Below, piece after piece: positions 37,012 through 50,320 of a stretch of 64,000 nt of DNA (positions within the stretch are counted from its first letter, which is position 1; the number at the start of each line of letters is the position of its first letter). The notes under the pieces were generated by a model, which made no database searches, had not been told where the DNA came from, and saw only the letters and a program-made list of their open reading frames with translations. A program made the translations under genes and the position numbers. The DNA comes from Octopus sinensis (Eukaryota): positions 89,714,001 to 89,778,000 of the forward strand of contig NC_043003.1 of the NCBI RefSeq assembly GCF_006345805.1, written 5' to 3'.

Positions 37012-37706
37012 CCATCATCATCATCGTTTAATGTCCTCTTTCCATGCTAGCATGGGTTGGACGATTTGACTGAGGTCTGGCAAACCAGATGGCTGCACCA
37101 GACTCCAATCTGATCTGGCAGAGATTCTACAGCTGGATGCCCTTCCTAACGCCAGCCACTCTAAGAGTGTAGTGAGTGCTTTTACGTGCCACTAGCACGA
37201 GGGCCAGTCAGGCAGTACTGGCAGCAGCCACACTCAAATGGTGCTTTTTATGTGCCACGTGCACAGAAGCCAGTCCAGTGGGACTGGCAACAATCTCACT
37301 TGAATGTTTTTTCATGTGCTACCAGCACAAGTGCCAGTAAGGCGACGCAGGTAACGATCACGCTCGAATGGTGCTTTTTACATGCCATTGGCACGGAGGC
37401 CAGCTTGTTACTCTGGCAACGATCATGCTCGTATGGTACTCTTAGCGCTCCACTAGCACAGATGCCAGTCATCGAATTTGATTTCTATTTTGATTTCACT
37501 TGCCTCAACAGGTCTTCGCAAGCAGAGTTTAGTGTCCAATGAAGGAAAGGTACTCATAAGTGGGCTGGTTACACCCCTGGCATAAGCCACGAGGTTATGG
37601 TCTCACTTGGCTTGCCAGGTCTTCTCAAGCACAGCATATTTCCAAAGGTTCCGGTCACTAGTCATTGCCTCAGTGAGGCCCAATGTTCAAAGGTCATGCT
37701 TCACCA
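37012..37706 (-). mobile_element. 5'-truncated RTE 3' end inserted into a SINE
   Basis: (CAT)n tail, GGATGCCCTTCCTAACGCC; matches 23530-24240. The host SINE resumes at 37707. Confidence 0.9.
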
Positions 37707-38365
37707 TCCCCTCAAAATTGCTGGCCTTGTTCCAAAATTTGAAATAATCATCATCATCATCAGCAGCAGTATCATTTGTACTAAAATTAGAAAGAATTTT
37801 TATAATTATCATTATTAAAGAAACACATTGACAGAATCGTTAGCATACTGGAAAAATGCTAAGTGGCATATCTTCTGGTTTTATATTCTGAGTTCAAATT
37901 CTGCCAAGGTTGACTTTGCCTCTCATTCTGTTACGAGTCAATGAAATAAGTATCAGTTGAGTACTCTAGTTGATATGGTTCACTTCTCCCCCCCCCCCCC
38001 CAATTTCAGGCCTTGTGATTATTGCTATTATTGAAATGTGGAATGAAAAATTCCTGTAAAGCCAAGACAAGTGATTTATGCAGTCAACATTGTGATCAGA
38101 AGTTGGTACTGAAAGGACTTAATAAACTAAAAAATATCTATAACAGACAGACTAAAGTTCTTGCAAAATAAAAGGTATGCAGTGAGAGAAAAAAAAATTA
38201 ATTGTCAAATCCAGCAAGTAAAACTTAAGCTAAGATGGGAAAGTATGCCTACCATTTAATTGTATAAAAAAGTTGCATAGAAAAGCTGCTGCTACTGTAC
38301 CACAGAATCTTTGGTAAACATTTAAAAAATTTTAGCAAATTTCAGCCAATTAATTTTTATGTTAA

Positions 38366-38585
38366 CCCTTTCGTTACCAAACCAGCTGAAACCGGCTCTG
38401 ACTCTGAGTACAAATGTCTTGTTTGCATAAGTTTTGAATTAAAATCTTCCACCAAACCTTAGTCACAATTTGTGTTCCTAACACTAGCTGAATGATAACT
38501 AAGTTATTTTAATAAATTCTTTGTTATATTTAAAGTAATTGAAAGAAACACAGAGCTTCTGAAAATAAATACAGTAACGAAAGGG
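38366..38585. mobile_element. piggyBac-like MITE (family A), TTAA TSD
   Basis: TTAA|CCCTTTCGTTAC..GTAACGAAAGGG|TTAA. Confidence 0.88.
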
Positions 38586-40944
38586 TTAAGGAACAAGATT
38601 CTGAAATTCATCTTCTAAGAAGTATTTGAAATGTATTATCATGCTTTGAGCTGATGAATATATATCAAATAAAAATCTGAGTATTCTGAATGCTCTAAAA
38701 ACAAAATATGCATGCTTATGATTTTTATATAAAAAAACAAAAAAAAATTTTAAGCTCTCTAAAATACAAGGATTATATATAGTCTATTACATGCATATAG
38801 CTATCTATTTAAAGACACGAATATAATGTTCTAGACACCAACAAGTACACATATTTCATCAGAAACATGCATTCAGGAACTGTCAGAAACTCTCTGTTGA
38901 CTGTACATTGTATAAACATGACATGTTATTTTACCATATGACATTTATTTTATGAAACAATATGCAGCTTTATTCAGCAATGTTAAGTTCACATCTTCTC
39001 AGTATCTATTGTATGCACATTTATACAGCACAAAGTCTGGTTTTAAAAATAAAATCCTGTAGTAACTAAAGTTTCTACTGGTTACTATGTTGTTTAACTG
39101 CTTTTGATTAAATTAGTATTGTACAATGCTTCAGTAAGAAGTGATTTGGATACATAAATTAAAAACAGAAATTATATTAGGAACACAAAATAGTTACTCA
39201 GTGAATTTTCCTATGTTTGTAAGTTTAGTAACACCAATCCATTATTAATTTAAATAAATGCTGAACTATCTAGCTAGACTTAATTATTAATAAATTACTG
39301 AACAAATCTAGTTTTCTAGTTTATACAAGGTTATTAGTCTTGCAATGCCTAAGTGAAATATTGAAACAATTGGAAAAAAATTATAATTTCTTTTAAAAAC
39401 TTTAAAATATTCTTTTCTACTCTAGGCACAAGGCCCAAAATTTTGGGGAAGGGGGCCAGTTGATTAGATTGACCCCAGTACACAACTGGTACTTAATTTA
39501 TTGACCCCCAAAAAGATGAAAGGCAAAGTCACCTTGGCAGAATTTGAACTCAGAATATAATGACAGATAAAATCCCGCTAAGCATTTCACCCAGAGTTCT
39601 AGTGTTTCTGCCAGCTTGCTGCTTTAAAAACTTTAAAATATTGAGTTGGAATTGATGAATGGCAAAATAACCTGGCCTTACTTTGGTTAGGGGCTTCCTA
39701 TACCAGGTTGTATCAAAATGCATTTAAAGAAGTTACAGAGAGCAAGCTGAAAGATTTGAGTTCCAATGGCTACCAGAGATGTTATTTTTCCATCAAATTC
39801 CTGCACTTTCATTTTTTCAGCTCTATGCACAAGCATTGAGACTGCTCACATCCACCTCAGTCCATAATATCACATACCCATTTGATCTAAAGATTACTTC
39901 ATGCAACAGTAAACTAGAAACAAAATTTAAACAACCAGAAAAGAACCCCTCAACAATGATCTTCATTTCTAGGTACATTCATCTACAATTGAAAAAATCT
40001 AGCCTAATTCTAACCTTCACAGTATTTCTTAATCACTTGTTCACTGAACTAGACATTACTTTTTCTGCAACCTTAATTACACCATGAAGTTGGCTTAATC
40101 ATCCAATGAGCTGACAACATTATGTGACAACATTTCATCAACAGAAATTTTATTCCACCAATTAGACTTTGTCACACTGCCATTCAAGTCACTTCACCCA
40201 AACCTTATTTCCAATCTGGACACATACAGATCCTTCTTCCTTCCCAATTCCCATGGTACCCTGTTTGGATGTCTCCACTCATACCAAAACATTGCTATGG
40301 TACTAACTTCTCCAGCTGGCCTGACTTAGATGACATGTTATACTCAAACACTGGTTTGACTGAGGAGAGACTCCTTCTTCCAGTCATGGTCTTGATTATT
40401 TGACGGTATCTTTCTATGATTCCATTCCCACTTGGTCTGCATGAAACTGAAGAAATGTTTGACATTTTCCTTGTCTAGCACTTCAGCAATTCAGAATGAC
40501 ATATGGTACAGTTGTTTATCAGCATTTCATCCACTGGGTCTCTCTAGAAAAAATATTCATCCACGACCTTTAAAACCTCAACCATAGTCATCATCTTAAT
40601 CTCCTTCCATATAATCAAATCTCCAGGGTCCACAATCAATCATAGAGAGATACAAACTTTGCTGATAGTGCATCATATCAACTGTCAATCACTTCCACTC
40701 ATATCCCTCTTGCCTCAGGTATACTTGGTATAAAGTAACCTCTCACAACTCTTCACCAAACTTCTTAAAAACTCTTCCTAATGACATCAGGGTCAACTTT
40801 TCTGGTTAAAAATAAAGTCCTATCACCTCCATATGGTGCATTTTATGTATTCTCTTCAGACCCTGATTCTTCAAATAGCATGCTGTGGCTATTCACCTCT
40901 GTAAATCCTCTGGCACCTCCAACTAGGTTTTCCTTGCCCAAGTA

Positions 40945-43432
40945 AAAACATGTTATATTCACTGACCATAAACCATTAACATATGCATTAAAAAATTCTT
41001 CGGAGAGATATTCTCCTAGAGAAATTAGACACCTTGATTTTATTTCACAGTTTACTGTGGATATACGTTATATCAAGGGTGTTGAAAATTCAGCAGCAGA
41101 TGCAACTTCTAGAATGAATATAGATGCATTAAACACTATAAATTTGGAAGAAATGTCTAAGGATCAAGTTGCAGATAAAGAATTTTCTTTATATAAAAAT
41201 TCTGATTCAACTTCTTTAAAATTTAAAATGTTGCCGATACATTCGTGTAATTCACATATTTGGTGTGATATTTCTACAGGTTTTTCGAGACCATTTGTGC
41301 CTGAAAAGCATAGAAAAAAAGTTTTTTCTAGCTTACATAATTTATCTCATCCAGGTATAGAAGCTTCATTAAAATTAATATCAAGTCGTTTTGTTTGGCC
41401 TGGTATGAATAAAGATATTCGTTCATGGGTAAAGTCATGTATACAATGTCAGAAATCCAAAGTGCAGCGTCATATCAAAGCACCATTAGGTACGTTTGCA
41501 AATCCGGATGCGAGATTCCAACATATCCACATTGATATAGTTGGACCCTTACCTCCATATGTATTTGTTGACATGTGTCGATCACTTTTCGAGATGGCCC
41601 GAGGCTCATCCGATAAAAGACGTATCTGCAGTAACTATAGCAAAAACCTTATTTACCAATTGGATGTCTAGATTTGGCATCCCAAATACAGTGACAACAG
41701 ATCGTGATAGACAATTTGAGTCTAGCTTGTTCGCAGAATTCAATAAATTGTTGGGAATTAATAGAATTCGTACAACTTCATATCACCCACAGTCTAACGG
41801 AATGGTAGAAAGATTCCATAGGCAGTTGAAATCTTCATTAAGAACTTATTCTGATTCTAACTGTTGGCTAGGAATTAGAAGTGCTGTTAAAGAAAATATA
41901 CAATATTCTCCAGCTGAACTTTTGTACGGAACAACATTAACTCTACCTGCTCAAATGTTCGAAGAAACTAATTTTTTCAATGGAGATGTTAATGATTATG
42001 TAACTCGTCTAAAAAGATTTCTTACCAATATTCCTTCTTTTACAAGAAAGTTGCAGAATGTTAAAAGTTTCGTTCCTTCGGATATAAAATCTTGGACACA
42101 TGTATATGTACGTAACAATGCAGCTCATAATTCACTAAAATATAAATACACCGGACCCTTTAAAGTCTTGTCAGTTACAGACAAAACTATGATTTTGGAA
42201 ATGAATGGAAAGAAAGAAATTGTCAGTGTCGACAGAGTAAAAAAAGCTTATTTCGACCAATATCCATGTCATAAAAACGGTGATATGAGCAACACACATC
42301 AACATAACGTGAAAACAAGTGACAGTCAAGGAAACAAATCCGATGTTGATGGAAAAACAAAATCAATTCTAAAGTTACCTACAAATGTAAAAAAAACTAG
42401 AAGTGGCAGCATTGTACATTTTCCCAAAAAACTTTCTCAGTTTGTTTGAGGATTTAAAAAAAAAAAAAAAATTGGTTTATATTCATGGATTATATATATA
42501 AAAAAAAACAAGAAAAAGAAAAAAATTTTTTTTTTTCAGTGAAGGAAAGGAACAGTATACAAGCATGATAAATGTAAGCCGTATTGGAAAGGCTAAATTC
42601 ATGTTTTAACATGTAAATGCATTTGTATATATATAAAAAAAAAAAAAAATATATGTATAACGAATTTCCTTCGCAAAATTGTAACAATTTTTCTGGCGAG
42701 AGGCTGATGTAGCATGGCAGTTTCAGCCATTTTGAAATATGACTGTAGCGGTTTGATATCCTCACTTTTTGAAAGACACAACAGGAATGATCTCGTTTGA
42801 GGTTACAGCCATCTTTGGCCGAGTTGTTCCTGTTGTAACCACTAACCTGATTGGTTGACAGGTGAAGCGATTTGTCTCTACTCATTTCGCACCACTGTCC
42901 CAAGTCAACCAATCACGCCCTTTGGTTAAGGTCCCATTTCTTAGGCTCGTTTGAGCCACCTTACTTGTATATAAGGGAGTGAATCCCTTCACCAAGCATC
43001 TTTGGTTCCAGTCCTTGTACACTCACCACAGAAAGCCTACTATCTTCACCGTTGCCACCATCATGTACCAACTTCAAGTCGCCTCTAACATCTTCGCCAT
43101 ACGAACTGTAAACCAATTTCCATTATTAACTCTATATTCTGTACCTTTCTATGCCACCCGCATTCACCCCGATTGTTCTGTCACACACACGAACACACAG
43201 ACACAAACACATGTTGCATACACACATATGTGCTAACGCTTACAAACTTCCGACATCAATACGGTTGTAAATAAAATAATATTTATATCCCAAACAGAAG
43301 GCTTGTCGTCAATTCACTTATGTTCTTATGGTACTGCATGGTATTTATGGCTTATAATAATTCGTTAAGAATATGACCACATGCGATCGTATTTCCTACA
43401 CAATGCGACCACGTGCGTTCATATTTCTTACA
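40945..43432 (+). mobile_element. Ty3/Gypsy LTR retrotransposon 3' half: RNase H end, integrase (frameshifted near 41555) and 3' LTR
   Basis: FTDHKPL..RHLDFISQF..NSAADA, HNLSHPG..CIQCQ, HIDIVGPLP, TTDRDRQFES, YHPQSNGMVERFHRQLK, YTGPFKV. Confidence 0.95.
42708..43400 (+). repeat. Putative 3' LTR
   Basis: TGTAG..CTACA termini, purine-rich tract just upstream, CCAAT (~42909), TATATAAG (~42968), AATAAA (~43270). The terminal ~30 bp is duplicated out to 43432. Confidence 0.7.
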
Positions 43433-43997
43433 CTCTCACTGCTTCAGGTTAAATTCAGTAGTCAACTTTCTCAGAAGTTCCAGACATCACTTAATAAGTA
43501 CCTCCACATCTTTTGTTCAAACTTTTCTTTTCACTGATTTTCACCCATCCAAACCCTGAAGCCAAATCAGTACAGATTTCAATATCATGCAACCACCACT
43601 TCAGGGTCAAACTTATACCCATTGACAAAGTATTCAATACATTGATGTTATTGCAATAATTTTTTTTTCATCTTAAGTGAATCTGTATTCTCAATCTCAA
43701 CAACACTTTTCTCTAAACTACAACCCCATTGCTGTACTACAAGCATCACACCATATAACTCACTTCTTCAACTTAGCCACATACCAGTTTCCTCATCTTT
43801 TCCACAATGTCTTTCTTTCATATCTCTCCTGTTCACTGTTAGATATCCTCTTCATATAGCTACACGCAGTTTTCAGTCATTCAACAATATGGCAGCCTGA
43901 CAGCCACACACTGAGAACAGTTCTGTTAACTCAGATTGGATTTCAGATCTGGAATTTCATTTCCTTCAAAATACCAGCATACCTGTCTTATCTTTCT

Positions 43998-44960
43998 ACA
44001 GCTGAATTTAGGAGTGGAAGGGAGAGTCTTGAAGATGATCCAAGGTCTGGACATCCAGCAGCTGCCATCTCTGACGAAAACATTCATTATGTTCACCACA
44101 TGGAGAGTGACTGTAAATCAAAATAGTCAATGTTATAAGCATATCCTGTGAGAGAGTTGAGAATATTCTGCTCAATGAACTTGGCCTGATAAAGGTTTCT
44201 GCTTGGTGGGTGTCATGTCTTCTGATGCCTCATCAAAAGCATACCAGGCTGATTACAACATGGGGAAATCTGACATTGTTTCAAGCAGATCCACCTGATT
44301 TCCTTGAACATTTCCAAAGCCAGGATGAGTGTTAACTTCATCACTTTGAGCCAGAAACAAAGAGTCAATCCATGCAGTGGAAAAACTCCTCCTCATTTGC
44401 TCCAACGAAGGCAAGGTCACTTCATCTGCAGGGAAGGCAATGGCCTCAGCTTTTTGGGGGTGCAAAAGGCATTGTTTATTGGCTGTCTTCAAAAGGGCCA
44501 CACCATCAACAGAGAGTACTATACCAACTTACTGAGGCAGACATGAAATGCTATCAAGACCAATCGTCCAGGAAAACTGATGAAAGGTGTCTTATTTCAG
44601 CAGGACAATGCTCCAGCACACGTCCTTAGTTTCAATGGCTTCTGTGCATGGCTGTGACTTTGAACTGGTTGAGCAGCCTCCCTAATCGGATTTGGCTTCA
44701 TCTAACTATTATCTTTTCCCCAATAAGAAAAATCACTTGGCTGTGAACCAGTATTGCAGTCATGATGACATCATATCTGTTGTTGATGACTTTCTTGACC
44801 AACAGGATAAAAGCTTCTTCATCAATAGGATCCAAGCTCTACAACACTGATGGAAGAAGTGTGTGGGCTGCAAAGGGGACAATGTTGAAAAATAAACCTC
44901 ATATGGTCACATTCCATGAAAGTATCTTACTCAGCCTATGAACTATTCAACCAACTCTTG
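43998..44960 (+). mobile_element. Decayed mariner transposon, 3' part with right TIR
   Basis: EDDPRSG, WVSCLL (WVPRLL-like), QDNAPAH, decayed YSPDLAPSD-like motif; TIR TCAGCCTATGAACTATTCAACCAACTCTTG|TA. Confidence 0.88.
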
Positions 44961-45841
44961 TACATTGCTAATTTGTTGATGGGGTGATGTGTATGGATGT
45001 GATTGACCAGCTAATAAATGTTATGGTTAGTAAAGATGGAAGGGTATGATATACCATGTGCAAAGAGCAGGCTCTATGAAACTGCAGAAATGAACTCTGA
45101 GTAAGGAAATATTTTTTCTGTGATTGAGAATAAGAATTTCTCTATTAAGTTTGACAGCAAACAATAGAGAGTCTAATGGTTCTGGAAGGAAGAGCTTCTT
45201 GTGTTAAATAAGGCAAGCTTCAACAAGTATTTTTTAAAGGTGGGCAAGAGTCAATTTTGAGAGAGCGGCAGAGAGATGGGCTGAAGAATGTATTACAATG
45301 TGAGGTAAGAAGTTGAAGGTGGACTGTTGCCATTCTCCACTTCTCCCCATTATTCAGTCAATGAAAGACAAAATCCTGTTGGTGGGAACTGAATGAGCCA
45401 TGTGACATGTCATGTTGAAAATGAGGTCACAAGATATATATTGAGAGTGGGCACTACAATTATTAACAGACAATGTGTGTTATTATTTATGTCTAGAACA
45501 TAACATTTTGCAAAAAGGTCTTGATTTAGATTACTTTAAAAATAGAGAATTTATATCATAGTAGTTTCAGTCTTAGGTGGGCTGGTTTCAAAAGGATTAA
45601 TATTATATAATGGAGAAAGCATATCACGATTCAAATTGTACTGCCTGATTAGCATGGGGTTTGCACTGAACTCTGTGCCAAATATGATCACAATCCTCAA
45701 GACAATATTGGATAAAGTGGAAGGAATCACTTATGGTGAATGAAATGGTCATGACAGCAGCAGAAATCCTATATTAATTGTAAAGTTTGGGGCTGACTGT
45801 AAACCACTGGAATTGATTGTAGGTGGGTGGGTAGACATAGG

Positions 45842-46197
45842 CTGAATGTTTTCATTATAGATGGCAGTTGATGGATGTCTAGACCTTGGATCATCTTCAA
45901 GACTCTCCCTTCTACTCCTAAATTCAGCTGCACACTTTTGAACTGTTGATAAAGCTGGAGTATCATCCCATAATGTAGCAACCATGTCAGCATGAATGTC
46001 CTTGGGGACTAAACCCTTTTTTTGAAGGTACTTAATAACACCATGATGCCAAATTTTTCTCAGTTTTCAACAGAAGTTGCTACTAGTTACTTTTGAAGAG
46101 TCAGATGTCAGTTTACTTGGAAGGAAACAACGAAGTTATTAATAAGAAGAGTTGCACTACTTCATAGTCAGCTTATGAACTTTTCAGTTCACCCTTG
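45842..46197 (-). mobile_element. Mariner 5' part with left TIR, inverted
   Basis: DMVATLWDDTPALSTVQKCAAEFRSRRESLEDDPRS; TA|CAAGGGTGAACTGAAAAGTTCATAAGCTGA. Confidence 0.85.
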
Positions 46198-46854
46198 TAA
46201 TTGATCATGATCATCTTGCTCTTCAATCAATTTCCACATACTGTCAACTCTAAAGTTTTGGTACCCTTATGCTTAACCTGCCAGCCAGTTACTGCCATTG
46301 TGCTACCCATCTATCTACCAACAATGGAATCACTAAAGTGTTCATGCAGCCTGGGTCAATGAGGTCTCACTCTCTCCTTTCACTTGAACTTCCATTGTGA
46401 ATAATGAATGTAAGAGCACCTCTCTTGGTTGATGGGGTAGCTACCAGCACAGCAGGCTCTTGTCATTTCTTCCCTGACAATAGCTTGCAATATGACCAAC
46501 TTGGTCACATCAGTAGCAATTCTGACCAGAACTTTTACAATCCATGACCACATGCCATCTTTGGTATCTAAAGCACCACTCCTTGAATATTTGTAGTTGT
46601 TCTCTTTGCTCCTGTTGGTTCCTCACTAATCAAAGCTTGTTACCTCATTATACCTGATACCACTATATCCACTTTCATAAGAGCTTTATTTTGTTCACTG
46701 ACACCCTAGTCCTACTCACTAAATAGTTCATGGCCATTGTCTCTATGTCCAGCAACTGTACAGCCCTACTGAAATGCCACAAGAGAAGCCAGTTGTGAAC
46801 CCAAATGACTACATTTTCCAACCCTTCTATAGTAAATCAAGCCAATCACACCAA

Positions 46855-47252
46855 ACTCTTACTCTTTTACTTGTTTCAGTCATTTGACTGCGGCCATGTT
46901 GGAGCACCACCTTTAGTCGAGCAAATCAACCCCGGGACTTATTCTTTGTAAGCCCAGTACTTATTCTATCGGTGTCTTTTGCCAAACCGCTAAGTGACAC
47001 GGACGTAAACACACCAGCATCGGTTGTCAAGCAATGCTAGGGGGACAAACACAAACACACACACACATATATATATATACATATATACGACAGGCTTCTT
47101 TCAGTTTCTGCCTACCAAATCCACTCATAAGGCATTGGTCGGCCCGGGGCTATAGCAGAAGACACTTGCCCAAGATGCCATGCAGTGGGACTGAACCCGG
47201 AACCATGTGGTTGGTTAGCAAGCTACTTACCACACAGCCACTCCTGCGCCTA
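46855..47252 (-). mobile_element. Intact young CORE-type SINE
   Basis: Full head-to-tail copy; gives the empty-site reference for the 18974-21337 insertion. Confidence 0.92.
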
Positions 47253-47379
47253 TTGAAACTTCTGATTTCAATAGCAAACACATTCACTTACTCTTTGACC
47301 TCACTATAGACTTTCAACCCCGGTACCTTTTCCATTTCACTTTGTATTTAGTAGGTCTTCCTTATTTAATTCTATATTA

Positions 47380-48189
47380 CTTGTGTACGAACAGCCATGC
47401 TACATGGCAGTGAAACATGGGCTGTGACTGCTGAGGACATGTGTAAGCTCGCAATGATTGAAGCTAGTATACTCTGATGGATGTATAATGTCAGTGTGCA
47501 TACTCGACAGAATGTTAGTACCTTGAGAGAAAAGTTGGACCTAAGAAGCATCAGATGTGGTGTGCAAGAGAGACAACTGCGCTGGTATGGCCGTGTGGCA
47601 AGAATGGATGTGGATAGCTGTGTGAAAAAGAGCCACACCCTAGCGGTTGAGGGAACCTGTGGAAGAGGTAGACCCAGGAAGACCTGGGATGAGGTGGTGA
47701 AGCATGACTTTCGAACATTGGGCCTCACCGAGGCAATGACTAGTGACTGGGACCTTTAGAAATATGCTGTGCTCGAGAAGACTCAGCAAGCTCAAGTGAG
47801 ACCATAACCTTGTGACTTATGCCAGGGGTGTGACTAGCCCACTTATGTGTATCTTTCCTTCATTGGACACTAAACTCTACTTGCGAAGACCTGTTGAGGT
47901 CGAAATTGAAATCAAATTTGATGACTAGCATCCGTGCTTGTGGAGTGCTAAGAGTACCATATGAGTGAGATCATTGCCAGAGTAAAAAGCTGGCCTCCGT
48001 GTTGGTGGCACATAAAAGTACCCTCTACACTCTTGGAGTGGTTGGTGTTAGGAAGGGCATCTAGCTGTAGAAACTCTGCCAGATCAGATTGTAGCCTGGT
48101 GCAGCCATCTGGTTCGCCAGACCTCAGTCAAATTGTCCAACCCATGCTAGCATGGAAAGCGGACATTATATGATGATGATGATGATGAT
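47380..48189 (+). mobile_element. 5'-truncated RTE copy with (GAT)n tail
   Basis: LREKLDLRSIRCGVQERQLRWYG..GRGRPRKTW. Confidence 0.92.
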
Positions 48190-50109
48190 TACAAAACCAG
48201 CAACTCCCCTTCTAAATACAATGACATAAAACTTGCTAGACCTTGCACTTCCTGCAGCTTCACTACCAGTTGCACTTCCTTTAATCCTGTGTCATCACAT
48301 TTTGTTACTTCCTTATTCTAACCTTCCCCGGCATGCTCTATCTATTATTCCCCAAAGCAAGTAGAATAAGTAAACAACAAAATAATCTGAACTTACCTTG
48401 ATTAATTGTTCCCTAATAAAGATCAGTGCAGCATGACTGTCTGGTTAAGAAGCTTGCTTCCTAGCCATGTGGTTTCAGGTTCAGTCCTACTGCATATCAC
48501 CTAGGGCTTCTATATAACCTCAGTTGACCAAAGCCTTGTGAATGGAGTTGGTAGATTTGAAAGAAGCCTATTGTGTGTGTGTGTGTGTGTGCACTCTTGT
48601 CTTGACATCATGTGACAGTTGTAAATGAATATTATTGTCATACAAGCATTGTTTGTTTCTAGACTTCCATGAAAAACATGGGGAAATATTATCTTACTTC
48701 GAAACAAATAGGGATTGGCAACAGGAAAGCTATCTGGCAATAACCAAAGCAAATAAAAACAGCAGAGCACCCATGACTTTTGGAATCATTTTTCATGTTC
48801 AAAATTGTCGAAGCATGAAATAAATTATCAATGTTGGTTATTTGCTGTCAGGACATGGCATCCTTCAAAAGTTTCTTGCTTTGCAAAATGCTATTCCCAA
48901 CATGCCCTGTGCACTTTTTCCTCAATTCGCTCTTTTACTGTTTATTTTCTTGTCTCGTATTATTAATGTGTACTGTGCATGCACTATCGGCTTTCATTGC
49001 CATTTTTCTTTACTTATATGTCTACTTTCTGACTCTTCTTGTAACCTTTTTCCAATGACTTGTGTATCTGAGCATAACCTGGAAGAATAGTTAGCACAAT
49101 GGAAAAATGCTTAGCAGCAATTTCCCAGTACTTTATGTTCTGAGTTTAACTCCTGATGAGGTTAACTTTGCCTTTTATAATTGATAAAGTACCACTTAAA
49201 TACTGGGGTTAATGGTATTGACTAACGCATTCCTCTTGTTGGCTTTGTGTCTAAATCAAAAACATTATTATTTTAAGTAAAATAAACTTCATGTTAGGAT
49301 TCAGACAATGATACTGTTGTGATTTATCACACCTTTATCTCACTTATAGAAACAAACATTTTTTCTTCCAACACTAATTTTGTTTTGTGAAAATACATAA
49401 AATAAATAATTTTAAGTTTCACATCAGCTTGACAAACCTTTTATTTAATGGCATCAAAAAGAACTGGTAAACCACATTAAAAAAGATAGTCTGGAGTATT
49501 TTAAATTTAAAAAAAAATCATTATTATATATTGTTTTCTCAATGTGTCTATTTTTAAATAGGTGTGTTGACCTATAAAAAATAACTAATCTATGAAATAA
49601 TCTGAAACTTGAGGAGGATATTGAAGATAAATGAAAGTAAAGTGTAGCTAATATAGCAAAGTATTAATGGTTAAAGTGAAAAATAAATGGCTGGTCCACA
49701 TTTGAAAATTTGCATGAGATACGAGTGGTTAAGAATAAAGCACAATTATATTTCAGTTAGTAGAGAGTTTTGCCCTCAAAACATTTTTTGAAATAATATA
49801 TCAGACTATATATAACTTTAAGATGCAAACAAGATTTTACAAGCAACTTTGATGAACCAGTCCTATTTATTATTAATGGTGTCTTTTCACTAACCACAAG
49901 CCTAATTGTTTACAACTAGATTTAACTTTATCTGATCAAAAACCACAGATAAATGATAAGTAAAAGTGATCTTGACAAGATTTGAACTTAGAATATCAAG
50001 GGACAAATATATATATATATATTTTAAGGTCTCTCAATCACTGATACTTTAATGTTTTCTGCCTTTTTATTGGATAAATCTTTCTAGAATTATTTTAGTG
50101 GCTTCAACT

Positions 50110-50320
50110 TTAACCCTTTTGTATTTCTGTTGAATATACTGCCTTCATTTCAATTAATTTTCAAAAATAATGAAAAATTTATTGAAGTAACTTTGTCATT
50201 ATTATTTATGTCTGGAACATAACATTTTGCAAAAAGGTCTTGATTTAGATTACTTTAAAAATAGAGAATTTATATCATAGTAGTTTCAGTCTTAGGTGGG
50301 CTGGTTTCAAAAGGATTAAT
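50110..50320. mobile_element. TTAA-type MITE (family C)
   Basis: TTAACCCTTTTG..CAAAAGGATTAA. Confidence 0.65.

Noticed and set aside
39760-40940. Possible very old minus-strand LINE interrupted by the Gypsy (continuing ~43433-43920)
   Set aside because: Composition is suggestive, but I could not recover convincing motifs or boundaries.
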